DNA of 64,000 nucleotides from Mobula hypostoma (Eukaryota): contig NC_086098.1 of NCBI RefSeq assembly GCF_963921235.1, forward strand, positions 1,116,001 to 1,180,000, given 5' to 3'. The first letter of the stretch is position 1. The number at the start of each line of letters is the position of its first letter. Below the pieces are notes generated by a model that did not search any database, had not been told where the DNA came from, and saw only the letters and a program-made list of their open reading frames with translations. The position numbers and the translations under genes were made by a program. This document shows positions 35,466 through 48,578 of this stretch, one piece after another.

Positions 35466-37771
35466 TGATGTTATTCACAATGCCTTCCTCTAAATCATTG
35501 ACGTAAATCGTAAACAGCTGTGGTCCCAATACCAAGCCCTGTGGCACCCCACTTGTCACCACCTGCCATTCCAAGAAACACCCATTCACTGCTACCCTTT
35601 GCTTTCTATCTGCCAACCAGTTTTCTATCCATGTCAATATCCTGCCCTCAATGCCATGAGCTCTGATTTTACCCACCAATCTCCTATGTGGTACCTTATC
35701 AAATGCCTTCTGAAAGTCAAGGTACACCACATCCAGTGGATCTCCCGCGTCTATCTTCCTGGTTACGTCCTCGAAAAACTCCAATAGATTAGTCAACCAT
35801 GGTTTGCCCTTGGTAAATCCATGCTGGCTCGGCCCAATCCTATCACTGCTATCAAGATACGCTGCTATTTCATCTTTAATAATGGACTCTAGCATCTTCC
35901 CCACTACTGATGTTAGGCTAACAGGGTGATAGTTCTCTGTTTTCTCCCTCCCTCCTTTCTTAAAAAGTGGGATAACATTAGCCATTCGCCAATCCTCAGG
36001 AACTGATCCTGAATCTAAGGAACATTGGAAAATGATCACCAATGCATCCGCAATTTCCAGAGCCACCTCCTTTAGTACCCTAGGATGCAGACCATCTGGA
36101 CCTGGGGATTTGTTAGCCTTCAGTCCCATCAGTCTACTCATCACCGTTTCCTTCCTAATGTCAATCTGTTTCAGTTCCTCTGTTACCCTATGTCCTTGGC
36201 CCATCCATACATCTGGGAGATTGCTTGCGTCTTCCCTAGTGAAGACAGATCCAAAGTACTTACTAAATTCGTCTGCCATTTCTCTGTTTCCCATAACAAT
36301 TTCTCCCAATTCATTCTTCAAGGGCCCAACATTGTTCTTAACTATCTTTCTTCTCTTCAGATACCTAAAAAAACTTTTGCTATCGTCCTTTATATTCCTA
36401 GCTAGCTTGCGTTCATACCTCATTTTTTCTCCCCGTATAGCCTTTATAGTTAAGTTCTGTTGCTCCTTAAAAATTTCCCAATCATCCGTCTTCCCACTCA
36501 CCTTAGCTCTGTTATACTTCTTTTTTAATGCTATGCTATCTCTGACTTCCTTTGTCAACCACTGTGGCCACTTTCCCCCCTTTGAATCCTTCCTTCTCCA
36601 GGGGATAAACTAATTTTGGACCTTGTGCATCATTCCCAAGAATACCTGCCATTGCTGTTCCACTGTCTTTTCTGCTAGGATATCCGACCAGTCAACTTTG
36701 GCCAGCTCCTCCCTCATGGCTCCATAGTCTCCTTTGTTCAACTGCAATACTGACACTTCTGATCTGCCCTTATCCCTCTCAACTTGCAGATAAAAACTTA
36801 TCGTATTATGGTCACTACCTCCTAATGGCTCCTTTACTTCAAGATTACTTATCAAATCCTGTTCATTGCACAACACTAAATCCAGAATAGCCTTATCCCT
36901 GGTCGGCTCTCGTACAAGCTGCTCCAAAAATGCATCCCGTAAGCACTCTACAAACTCCCTATCCTGGGGTCCAGTACCAACCTGATTTTCCCAGTTCATC
37001 TGCATGTTGAAATCCCCCATAACTACTGCAACATTTCCTTTGCCACATGCCATTGTTAACTCCCTATTCAACTTGCACCCAATATCCATGCTACTGTTTG
37101 GGGGCCTGTAGATAACACCTATTTGGGTCTTTTTGCCCTTACTGTTCCTCAGTTCTATCCACACTGACTCTACTTCTCCTGATTCTATGTCTCCCCTTGC
37201 AAGGGACTGAATCTAATTTCTCACCAACAGGGCCACCCCCCCCCCCGCCCACCTTTCTGTCCCTTCGATAGCACGTATACCCTTGTACATTCAATTCCCA
37301 GGTCTGATCCCCCTGCAGCCATGTCTCCATTATCCCAACAACATCATAGTTACCCATTCGCAGCTGAGCTTCAAGCTCATCCGCCTTATTTCTGACACTT
37401 CGTGCATTCAGAGATAGAATTTTTAACCCATTTCTTCTCTGTTTAAATCGCTGCCTATTGTGCATAACCAGCTCCCCGAACTCTCACCGGGCTATACGCC
37501 CCTTGAATTTTGTTGTCCTTCTTAAATTTACATACTCTTTCTGCACATTTAACTCCATGCTCTGTCAGACCATTCCTCTGCACATGTATCCTCCTTATCA
37601 CTCATTCCGCCTCACCTTTCTCTACTTCACACTTAATATTCTGGAACTGTGTAGTCCCCACCTGTCCTTTATACTTCATCTCGCTATCCTCTCTCACATT
37701 CTGGATCCCTGCCCCTTGCAAATTTTCTTTAACCCCCCCAAGCAGCACTAGCAAACATTCCTGCAAGAATG

Positions 37772-38665
37772 TTAGTACCCCTCCAGTTCAGGTGTAAACC
37801 GTCCCATCGGAACCGATCCCAATCTTCCCTGGAACAAAGCCCAATTATCTAAAAACCTGAAGCCGTCCCTCCTGCACCATCCTCTCAGCCATGTATTGAT
37901 CTGTATAATCCTTCTGTTCCTCGCCTCACTCGCATGTGGCACAGGTAGCAATCCTGAGATTGTTACCCTGGAGGTCCTGCCCTTCAGCTTCGCACCTAAC
38001 TCCCTGAACTCACTACACAGGACCCCCTCACTCTTCCTACCCACATCGTTGGTCCCTACATGGACCACAACATTTGGATTCTTGCCCTCCCTCTCGAGAA
38101 TAACCTGCACCCGATCTGAGATGGCCCGGACCCTGGCACCGGGGAGGCAACATACCATCAGAGACTCCCGATCTCCCCCACAAAATCTCCTATCTGCCCC
38201 CCTGACTATAAAATCCCCTATCACTACCGCTGTCCTCTCTTCCCTCTTCCCCTTCTGAGTCGAGGGTCCAACCTCAGTGCCAGAGACAGGACCACTGCAA
38301 CTTGTTCCTGGTAGGACATCCCCACCAACAGTATCCAAAATGATATACTTATTGTTGATGGGAATGGCCACAGGGGTGCTCTGCACTCTCTACCTGCTCC
38401 CCCTCCATCTCCTGACAGTCACCCAGTTGCTTACCTCCCGTCCTTTCGGTGTGACTACCTCCCGATAACTCTTATCTGTCTCTGTCTCTGCCTCCCGAAT
38501 GATCCGTAGTTCATACAGCTCCAGCTCCAATTCCCCAACTTGCTCTGATAGGAGCTGCAGCTGGATGCATTTTCTTCAGGTGTGGTCATCAGGGACAACT
38601 GCGTTGACCCTGCCCTCCCACATACTGCATACGGAGCACACCACTGCTCTAACTATCTCCCCCAT
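37772..38665 (-). pseudogene. CR1 ORF1: zinc finger/leucine zipper plus SGNH esterase
   Basis: MGEIVRAVVCSVC...HT*RKCIQLQLL..ELELEL (two in-frame stops), then VVIGDFIVRG, CLPGAR, VHVGTND. Confidence 0.85.
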
Positions 38666-38901
38666 TAACTGATCCCAGATTAATCAGAATAAATGAAAAA
38701 GTACCTACCAACCTTACCTTTTTTCCTCAGCAAGCACGTACTCAGGCTCACTGATTACCTCTCACCGAAGACCCCCTTACGCCAAAGCCCAGCACTCTGC
38801 TCCCACGTACTCAGCTGCCCGCACCTGAAATTTTAACTTAAATATTTAATAGACGTATATGCTTAAGGTAACTAGTTTTTTTTCTATATTTATTTATTAT
38901 G

Positions 38902-39529
38902 TGTAATGCCCTGGTTCATATTTTTTACTGTTATGCTGTATGTATTTTATTTTGTGCTGTTCTGTGAGAGCTGCTTCTTTTCAGCTTTAAGAGATGAGGA
39001 GAAATGTGTGCCATTCAGTTAGGATGGTTGGACTAAGGGGAGGTTTCTCTGGTGAGGGACACTAAGGTTGGGCTTGGATCTTTTGTTCGAGAGGAGATGA
39101 AGTGAGAAGACACTGGGAAGAACCGGTCCTAGCATACGATCCGGTGGGAGTCCCGTTTGTTCAAGATGGATTGCGAGCAATGTTCGGAGGTTGATATGTG
39201 CTTTCATTTTGAGTAAGGGCCCAGTGTGTGAGTGACAAAGAATATCAAGATGAGCACCAACTTGTGCACATTTGACTGTTTAACTAGAATGAGCCCTTTT
39301 CTTTTTGTTATTCTTTACTAATCCTTTAGTTAAAATTAATAAATATAATTCCTTTAATTGTATGCAGTGTACATTGGCATTAATTTGTAACAGGATATCA
39401 AATGACATAGCATCCACACAAACTGGGGCTTGGGGTGGGATCAAACATGCCTCAATCTTACTACGAGTTTGGCGGGGCCGGAGGTTGTCTTCCCTAGACC
39501 TCTGCTGCCAAGGAAACCAGGGTGTTTCA
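38902..39529 (+). mobile_element. Solo LTR
   Basis: TGTAAT...TTTCA termini and 4-bp TSD TATG. Confidence 0.8.
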
Positions 39530-39570
39530 TATGTATTTTATTGTACTGCTGCTGTAAACAAATTTCATGA

Positions 39571-42500
39571 CCAGGCTTTAAATGTTTCAGAAAGGGTCGG
39601 GAGGGAGGCAAAAGAGGTGGGGGTGTGGCACGGTTGATCAGCGATAGTGTCACGGCTGTAGAAAAGGAAGAAGTCATGGAGGGGTTGTCTATGGAGTCTC
39701 TGTGGGTGGAAGTTAGGAATAGGAAGCGGTCAATAACTCTACTGGGTGTTTTTTATAGACCACCCAATAATGACAAGGACATTGAGGAGCAGATAGGGAG
39801 CCAGGTTCTGGAAAGGAGTAATAATAACAGGGTTGTTGTTGTGGGAGCTTTTAATTTCCCAAATATTGATTGGCATCTCCCGGGAGTGAGGAGTTTTGAT
39901 GGGGTAAGTGTGTTCAGGAAGGTTTCTTGACACAATATGTAGATAAGCCAACAAGAGGAGAGGCTGTACTTGATCTGGTATTGGGAAATGAACCTGGTCA
40001 GGTGTCAGGTCTCTCAGTGGGAGAGCATTTTGGAGATAGTGATCACAATTCTATCTTCTTTACTATACCATTGGAGAGGAATAGAAACAGACAAGTTAGG
40101 AAAGTGTTTAATTGGAGTAAGGAGAAACATGAAGCTATCAAGCAGAAACTTGGAAGCACAAATTGGAAACAGATGTTCTCAGGGAAACGTATGGAAGAAA
40201 TGTGGCAAATGTTCAGGAGATATTTGCGTAGGGTTCTGAATAGATACGTTCCAATGAGACATGGAAAGGATGGATCCGTTGTGTCAAAGGCTGTTGTAAA
40301 TCTAGTCAAGAAGAAAAGAAGAGCTTACGAAAGGTTCAAAAATACTAGCTAATGATAGGAATCTTGGGTAAGTCACTGGGACCGGACCAGATATACCCCA
40401 GGCTACTGTGGGAGGTGAGGGAGTATTGGAGGGCTGCAGATGTTGTTCCCTTATTCAAGAAAGGGAGTAGAGATAGCCCAGGAAATTATAGACTAGTGAG
40501 TCTTACTTCAGTGGTTGGTAAGTTGATGGAGAAGATCCTGAGAGGCAAGATTTATGAATATTTGGAGAGGTAAATATGATTAGGAATAGTCAACATGGCT
40601 TTGTCAAAGACAGGTCGTGCCTGACGAGCCTGATTGAATTTTTTTGTGAATGTGAGTAAACACATTGATGAAGTTAGAGCAGTAGTAGTAGTGTATATGG
40701 ATTTCAGCAAGGCATTTGAAAAGATACCCCATGCGAGGCTTATTGAGAAAGTAAGGAGGCATAGGATCCAAGGGGACATTGCTTTGTGGATCCAAAACTG
40801 GCTTGTCTACAGAATGGTTGTAGACGGGTCATATTTTGCATGCAGACCGGTGACCAGTGGTGTGCCTTGAATCTGTTCTGGGATCCCTACTCTTTGTGAT
40901 TTTTACAAATGACCTGGATGAGGAAGTAGAGGGATGGGTTAGTAAATTTGCTGATGACACATAGGTTGGGGGTGTTGTGGATAGTGCAGAGGTCTGTCAG
41001 AGGTTACAGCGGGACATTGATAGGATGTAAAACTGGGCTGAGAAGTAGTAGATGGAGTTCAAGCCAGATAAGTGTGAGGTGGTTCATTTTGGAAGGTCAA
41101 ATATGATGGCAGAATATAGCATTAATGGTAAGACTCTTGACAATGTAGAGGATCAGAGGGATCTTGGGGTCCGAGTCCATAGGACACTCAAAGCTGCTAC
41201 GCGCGTTGACTCTGTTGTTAAGGAGGCATACTGTGCATTGGCCTTCATCAGTCGTGGGATTGAGTTTAAGAGCCGAGAGGTAATGTTGCAGCTACATAGG
41301 ACCCTGGTCAGACCACACTTGGAGTACTGGACTCAATTCTGGTCGCCTCACTACAGGAAGGACGTGGAAACGATAAGAAGGATGCAGAGGAGATTTACAA
41401 GGATGTTGCCTGGATTGGGAGGCATGCCTTATGAGAATAGGTTGAGTGAACTCGACCTTTTCTCCTTGGAGCGATGGAGGATGAGAGGTGACCTGATAGA
41501 GGTGTACAAGATAATGAAAGGCATTGATGGTGTGGATAGTCAAAGGCTGTTCCCCAGGGCTGAAATGGCTAGCATGTGAGGGCATAGTTTTAACATGCTT
41601 GGAATTAGGTTCAGAGGAGATGTCAGGAGTAGATTTTTTACACAGGGAGTGGTGAGTGCGTGGAATGAGCTGCTGGTGGCAGTGGTGGAGGCGGAAATGA
41701 TAAGACTCCTGGATGGCTACATGGTGCTTAGAAAAATAGGGGGCTATGGGTGAAGCCTTGGTAGTTCTAAGGTAGGGAACACTCACAACAGGCTGGAGGA
41801 ACTCGGCAGGTCGGGCAGCATCTGTGGAAACAATGAGTCGACATTTCGGGCCGGAATCCTTCGTCAGGACTGTAGGGGGAAGGGGCAGAGGCCCTATAAA
41901 GAAGGTGGGGGGAGGGTGGGAAGGAGAAGGCTGGTAGGTTCCAGGTGAAAAACCAGTAAGGGGATAGATAAAGGGGTGGGGGAAGGGAGGCAGGGAGGTG
42001 ATAGGCAGGAAAGGTGAAGAAAGAATAGGGGAAAACACAATGGGTAGTAGAAGGAGGCGGGACCATAAGGGAGGTGGTAGGCAGCTGGGGGAGGGGGCCG
42101 AGTGACATAGGGAGGGGGAAGGAATTACCGGAAGTTGGAGACTTCTATGTTCATACCAAGGGGCTGGAGACTACCTAGACGGTATATGAGGTGTTGCTCC
42201 TCCAACCTGAGTTTAGCCTCATCTATACCTCAACTATATCTCTTCCCACCCTGCCACATGCAAAAATGCCATTCCCTATTCCCAGTTCCTCCATCTCCGC
42301 CGCATCTGCTCCGAGGATGAGGTTTTCCGTTCCAGGACATCTCAAATGTCCTCTTCCTTTAAGGATCGTGGTTTCCCTTCTGCTGTCATCAATGATGCCC
42401 TCAGCCGCATCTCACCCAGTTCCCGCACTTCGGCTGTCACCCCATCCTCCCGCCACCATAACAGGGACAGAGTTCCCCTGTCCTCACCTACCACCCCACT

Positions 42501-43545
42501 AGCCTCCAGATCCAACACATTATCCTCTGCAACTTCCGCCACCTTCAATAGGACCCCACCACTAAGCACATCTTTCCCTCTCCACCCCTCTCCGCCTTCC
42601 GCAGGGATCGGTCCCTCCGCGACTCCCTGGTCCACACGTCCCTCCCCACGGATCTCCCACCTGGCACTTATCCCTGTAAGTGCAAGTGCTACACCTGTCC
42701 CTACACCTCCTCTCTTGCCACCATTCAGGGCCCCAAAAAGTACTTCCAAGTGAGGCAACACTTCACTTGTGAGTCTGTTGGGGTCATCTATTGCATCCGG
42801 TGCTCCCAGTGCGGCCTCCTCTACATCGGTGAAACCCGACGCAGATTGGGGGACCATTTCGTCGAGCATCTCCACTCCATCCGCCAAAACAGACAGGATC
42901 TCCCAGTAGTCACCCACTTCAACTCTGCTTCCCACTCCCATTCAGATATGTCCATACATGGCCTCCACTGCTGCCATGACTCAGGTTGGAGGAGCAACAC
43001 CTCATATACCGTCTAGGTGGTCTCCAGCCCCTTGGTATGAACATAGAATTCTCCAACTTCCGGTAATTCCCTCCCCCTCCCTTCCCCTATCCCTATGTCA
43101 CTCTGCCCCCTCCCCCAGCTGCCTACCACCTCCCTCATGGTCCTGCCTCCTTCTACTACCCATTGTGTTTTCCCCATTCCTTCTTCACCTTTCCTGCCCA
43201 TCCCCTCCCTGCTTCCCCTCCCCCACCCCTTTATCTTTCCCCTTACTGGTTTTTCACCTGGAACCCACCAGCCTTCTCCTTCCCACCCTCCCCCCACCTT
43301 CTTTATAGGGCCTCTGTCCCTTCCCCCTACAGTCCTGACGAAGGGTTCCGGCCCGAAACGTCAACTCATTGTTTCCACGGATGCTGCCCGACCTGCTGAG
43401 TTCCTCCAGCGTGTTGTGAGTGTTGCTTTGACCCCAGCATCTGCAGATTATTTTGTGTCTAAGGTAGGGACATGTTTGGCACAGCTTTGTGGGCCGAAGT
43501 GCCTATATTGTGCTGTAGGTTTTCTATTTTTTTATGTTTTTCTAT
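39571..43545 (+). mobile_element. Decayed CR1 ORF2 with 3' end, interrupted by PLE-B
   Basis: GVFYRPPN, GDSDHNSI, NYRLVSLTS, PHLEYW. The 3' UTR resumes at 43458. Confidence 0.85.
41779..43457. mobile_element. PLE subfamily B, inverted two-arm insertion (minus arm 41779-42222, plus arm 42223-43457)
   Basis: GIY-YIG VIYCIRCSQCGLLYIGET (42750..43016), hammerheads at 41836-41871 (-) and 43331-43366 (+), and TSD TCTAAGGTAGGGA (41766-41778, 43458-43470). Confidence 0.9.
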
Positions 43546-43559
43546 GGCATACGCAAGTA

Positions 43560-44665
43560 ATAATACAAGAAAGTTACTCACATGGTTAGAGAATTGGCTG
43601 TTGGTAGGAGGCAGCAAGTGGGAATAAAAGGATCCTTTTCTGGTTGGCTGCTAGTGACTAGTGGTGTTCCACAGGGGATGGTGTTGGGACCACTTCTTTT
43701 TATGCTGTCTATAAATTAGTTAGATGATGGAATAGATGGCTTTGTTGCTAAGTTTGTAGATTGATATGAAGATTGGTGGAGGGGCAGGAAGTGTTGAGGA
43801 AACAGTTACGATGCAAGGACTTACGTAGATTTGGAGAATGGGCAAGAAAGTGGCAAAGGAAATACAATGTTGGAAAATGCATGGTCATGCACTTTGGTAG
43901 TAGAAATAAATGTGCGGACTATTTTCTAAATGAAGAAAATCCAGGAATCTGAGATGCAGAGGGACTTGGGAGTCCTTGTGTAGAACACCCTAACTTGCAG
44001 GTTGAGTCAGTGGTGAGGAAGGCAAATGCCATGTTAGCATTCATTTCAAAAGGTCTAGAAAACTGTACAAGGGCAAGGATGTGATGCTGAGGCTTTATCA
44101 AGCACTGGTGAGGCTTCACCTCGAGAATTGTGAACAGTTGTGGGCCCCTCATCTTAGAAAAGGTGTGCTGGCATTGGAGAGGGTCCAGAAGAGGTTCACA
44201 AAATTATGATTCCGGAATGAAAGGGTTATCTTACGAGGAACGTTTGATGGCTCTGCATCTGTACTCGCAGGGACTCAGAAGGACGAGGGGGGATCTTTTT
44301 GAAAGCTTTCGAATGTTGAAAGGCCTAGACAGAGTAGATGTGGAAAGGATGTTTCCTATGGTGGGAGAATCTAGGACAAGAGAACATAGCTCAGAATAGA
44401 GGGGTGCCCTTTCAAAACAGAGATGCGGAGAAATTTCTTTAGCCAAGGCATGGTGAATTTGTAGAATTTGTTGCCACATGCAGCTGTGGAGGCTGAGATT
44501 GATAGGTTCTTGATTAGACATGGCATTAAAGGTTACGAGGAGAAGGCCGGGAACTGGGGTTGAGGAGGAGGTAGGAAAAAAAGGATCAGCCATGATTGAA
44601 TGATGGAGCAGACTCAATGGACCAGATGGCCTAATTCTGCTCCTATGTCTTATGGTCTTTGGTCT
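43560..44665 (+). mobile_element. Decayed CR1 RT to 3' end
   Basis: agtggtgttccacaggg, GMKGLSYEERL and tail gctcctatgtcttatggtc. Confidence 0.8.
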
Positions 44666-44869
44666 AATATTAAATCTGATTCTGATTCTGATTCAACCTC
44701 ATTAAGAATTCTGTATACTTCAGTAAAATCACCTTTCACTCTTCTAAACTTTGGAGGAAAAAGGGCAAACATGCTCAAAATTTCCTCATATGATAGACTT
44801 TCCATCGTAAAAACCAATATGCTGTACTTCTCTGGTAGAAAGTATATTCCTCTTCAGGTAAGGAGCTAA

Positions 44870-45640
44870 TGCAACACATACAAAATGCTGGAGGAACTCA
44901 AAAGATCAGGCAGCATCCATGGAAATGAACGGCCGACGTTTCTGGCTAAGACCGGACTGGAAAGAAAGGTGGAAGATGCCAGAATAAAAAGATGTGAGGA
45001 GGGGTAGGAGAACAAGTTGGCAGGTAATAATAGGTGAAGCCAGGTCGTGGGAAAGGTCAAAGGCTGGAGAGCAAGAAATTTGACAGGAGAGGAGAGTGGG
45101 CCATAGCAGAAAGGGAAGGAAGAGGGGCACCAGCCGGTACTAATAGCTAGGTGTGAAGAGGAAAGATGCCACAGTGGGGAGTAGAAGAAGGGGAAAGAAA
45201 TTAATAGAAGAAGAAATCAATATTCATGCCATCAGGTTAGAGACTATTCAGACGGAATAGAAGGTTTTGCTCCTTATCCCTGAGAGTGACATCTTCATTA
45301 CTTCATGGACCAATGTGTTGGAATGGGAATGGGAATTGGAATTAAAATGTTTGGTCACTGAAAAGTATCGCTGTTGATGGATGGAGTGGAGGTGCTCAGC
45401 GAATTTGCCACCCTGATTATAATGGGAAGGCTATCTTATATAGAGGAGGCTGCGTTGCAAGCACTGGATACAATATGCTAGCCCCAGCAAACTCATCTGG
45501 AATTGTGACTGAATAGAGGTGAAAGAGGAGGTGAATATTGCAGAAGTAACACTTCGGCTGCTTGCAGGTATAAGTGCCGGGAGGGATGAATGGACAAGAG
45601 AATCACAGAGAGAGATTAGTGGGGAGGGACGAATGGACAA
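44870..45640 (-). mobile_element. Old decayed PLE
   Basis: Terminal caaaatgctggaggaactc..gcagcatc and GIY-YIG remnants (tcatgccatcaggtt, gggaatgggaa..ggaattaaaatgt). Confidence 0.7.
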
Positions 45641-46424
45641 CTGTGGAAGACACTAGCAATGTGCCAGCTGTAGAAGGGTGTGAGGGAAGTGCAGATACTA
45701 TTACAAGGGAGAAGGTGCTCATAAAGATGAATAACCTAAAGGTACATAACTCACCCAGACCAGATGAACTGCACCCTAGGGTTCTGAAAGAGGTAGCGTT
45801 AGAGATTGTGGAGGCATTAGTGATGATGTTTCAAAATTCATTGGACTCTGGCATGGTGCCAGAAGACTGGAAAATTGCAAATGTCACTCCACTCTTTAAG
45901 AAACGAGGGAGGCTGCTTAAAGGAAATTATAGACCAGTTAGTCTGACGTCAGTGGTTGTGAAGATGTTGGAGTCAATTGTGAAGGATGACGTTGTGGAGT
46001 ACTTGGTGACAGAGGACAAGATAGGACAAAGCCAGCATGGTTTCCTTCAGGGAAAAAAATGCCTGATGAACCTGTTGGAATTCTTTGAGGAGATTCCAAG
46101 TAGGATAGATAAAGAGGATGCTGTGGATGTTGTATATTTGGACTTTCAGAAGACATTTGACAAGGTGCCACACATGAGGCTGCTTACCAAGTTAAGAGCC
46201 CATGGTATTACAGGAAAATTACAGGAGAGTGTGCTGACCTTTTGCATCACAACCTGGTACTCCAGCTGCAGTGCTGTCGACAAAAAAGCCTTGCAGAGGG
46301 TAGTTAGGGGAGCAGAGAAGGTTATTGGGGTCTCCCTACCTTCTGTCCAAGACCTCTTTCAGAGCCGATGCCTCCAGAAGACACGGTACATCATTAAAGA
46401 CCCCTCACACCCACTCCATGAACT

Positions 46425-46601
46425 CAAACAACAGGAATTCTGCAGATGCTGGAAATTCAAGTAACACACATCAAAGTTGCTGGTGAACGCAGCAGGCCAG
46501 GCAGCATCTCTAGGAAGAAGTGCAGTCAACAAAACGTCGACTGCACCTCTTCCTAGAGATGCTGCCTGGCCTGCTGCGTTCACCAGCAACTTTGATGTGT
46601 G
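46425..46601. mobile_element. 177-bp fold-back PLE-A mini-insertion
   Basis: TSD CACTCCATGAACT (46412-46424, 46602-46614). The arms meet at cagtcaac-aaaacgtcgactg. Confidence 0.9.
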
Positions 46602-47160
46602 CACTCCATGAACTGTTTGTTCTTCTGCCATCAGGCAAACATTACAGGAGCATCAAAACTAAAACCACAAGGCTACCAAACAGCTTCCTCCCACAGGCAG
46701 TCAGACTGCTAAATAGCTGCTCTACCTGACTCTGCTTTGGATACTTTTAACTTACACTGGACACTTATAACTGATTTTAACTGACATGTGGCTGTTGTGT
46801 TTTACTATTTATTGTTATGTTTATTATTTAGTGTTGCGTTTGTTATGTTATGATTGCACTGCTCCTGAGAAACGCTGCCTCATCCTGCCCTGCAGAGCTG
46901 ATGTACGGTTAGAATGACAATAAAGTTTTTGAATATAATTGAATATAATTAAAATAAATTACTAGCATGCTTAGAGCATTGGCTGATTAGTAGGAGGCAG
47001 CGAGCAGGAATAAAAGGATCCTTTTCTGGATGGCTACCAGTGACTAGTGGTGTTACTAGTGGTGACAGGGGTCAATGTTGGGACCATTTCTTTTTATGCT
47101 GTATATCAGTGATTTAGATGCTGGAATAGATGGCTTTGTTGCCAAGCTTGTAGATGACAC

Positions 47161-47740
47161 TGAAATCCTGCTGGTTTCCTTGGCTGTATGAGTCTAGGGA
47201 ATACACACACCTTTCCCGGCAAACCGGGAAGATTGAGATGGTTCTCCCAGCCCAAACCCCAGTTTGTATGGATACTGTATAATTTGCTACCCTGTTACAA
47301 CTCAGTGCCAAGAAACAACAGACAGCACCCTGCATACGATTAAAGGAATTTATATATATTAACTAAAGGGTTAGTAAAGAAAGAAAACAACAGAAAGGGC
47401 CCATTATAATTAAGCAGTCAAATGTGCACAAGTTGGAGCTCAGCTCTTCCCAAAATTCCTATTCATCGATCCTCAGTCAACCTCAGCACCTTGCTCCATC
47501 AAATCACGGTATCCCACTCAGTCAAATCCTGCGACTGGTCCTCTCCATTGTCTTCTCTCTTTATTTGCCGCCGAACAAAGGACCCCAGCTCCCCCCGGTG
47601 TCAGGCACACAACACAAAAACCCAGACCCTGATTGGATGGCTAACATTTTAAAGCACTCTTTATCTCTAACCATAACCCAGATATCGGTTCTACAGAAAA
47701 ACCTTTGCATTAGCAGTGAAATCTTTCCCAGGGTGTGACA
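47161..47740 (-). mobile_element. Solo LTR (same family as 30054-30602)
   Basis: The minus strand begins tgtcacaccctgggaaagatttcactgctaatg, as at 30054. It interrupts the CR1 DDTK codons and the TSD is imperfect. Confidence 0.8.
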
Positions 47741-48578
47741 TACAAAGATTGGTGGAGGGGCAGGTCATGTTGAGGGAACAGGAAGGATGCAGAAGGACTT
47801 GGAGAGATGAGGCATGTGGGCAAGAAAGGGGCAAATTAAATACCATGTTGGAAAATGCATGGTCATGCACTTTGGTAAAAGAAATAAATATGCAGGCTAT
47901 TTTCTAAACAGGGAGAAAATCCAAAAATCTGAGATGCAAAGGGACTTGGAGGTCCTTGTGCAGAACACCCTAAAGGTTAATTTGTAGGTTGGCAAATTCA
48001 ATGATTGCATTCATTTCAAGAGGACTAGAGTATATAAGAGCAGGGATGTGATGCTGAGGCTTTATAGGGTCCTGGTGATGCCTCACCTTGAGTATTGAGA
48101 ACAGTTTTGGGCTCCTTATCTTGGAAAAGATATGCTGGATTTGGAAAGGGTTCAAAGGAGGTTCACAGGGATTCCAGGAATGAAAGAATTATCATATGAA
48201 GAGCATTTGATGGCTCTGGGCCTGTAGTCGCTGGAATTTAAAATGGTGATGGGGGGGGGGTCTATTGAAGCCTTTTGAATATTGAAAGGTCTAAGCAGAA
48301 TGTATGTGGAAAGGGTGCTTCCCATGGTCAGCATGTCTAGGATAGGAGCACAGAGTGGAGATGACTGAAGTTTCTGGGAGTAGTTCACAAGACACAGGAT
48401 AGATATGTCCCACAGAGGAAGAAATTCTCATATGGCAGGAGTAGGCAACCGTGTCTGACAAAGGAAGTTAAGGACTGCATAAAAGCCAAGGAAAGAGCAT
48501 ACAATATAGAAAAGGTGAGTGGGAAATTGGATGATTGGGAAGCTTTTCAAATCTAACAGAAGACAACTAAATAAGCTA

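Larger units (their letters stand above)
34209..38828 (-). mobile_element. Near full-length young CR1 LINE
   Basis: ORF1 (38665 to ~37770), APE (37139..37465, 36610..37164), RT (35146..36558, 34296..35153) and a (CTATTGT)n tail. Only a few stops and frameshifts. Confidence 0.93.
45640..48350 (+). mobile_element. CR1 RT split by Rex1 (46221-46935), a PLE hairpin and a solo LTR
   Basis: ORF 45574..46464 is a CR1-Rex1-PLE read-through. The CR1 resumes at ~46955 and 47741. Confidence 0.8.

Noticed and set aside
45574..46464. 296-aa ORF that looks like a novel fusion RT
   Set aside because: It is a chance in-frame read-through of PLE, CR1, Rex1 and PLE fragments and lacks the RT catalytic motif.
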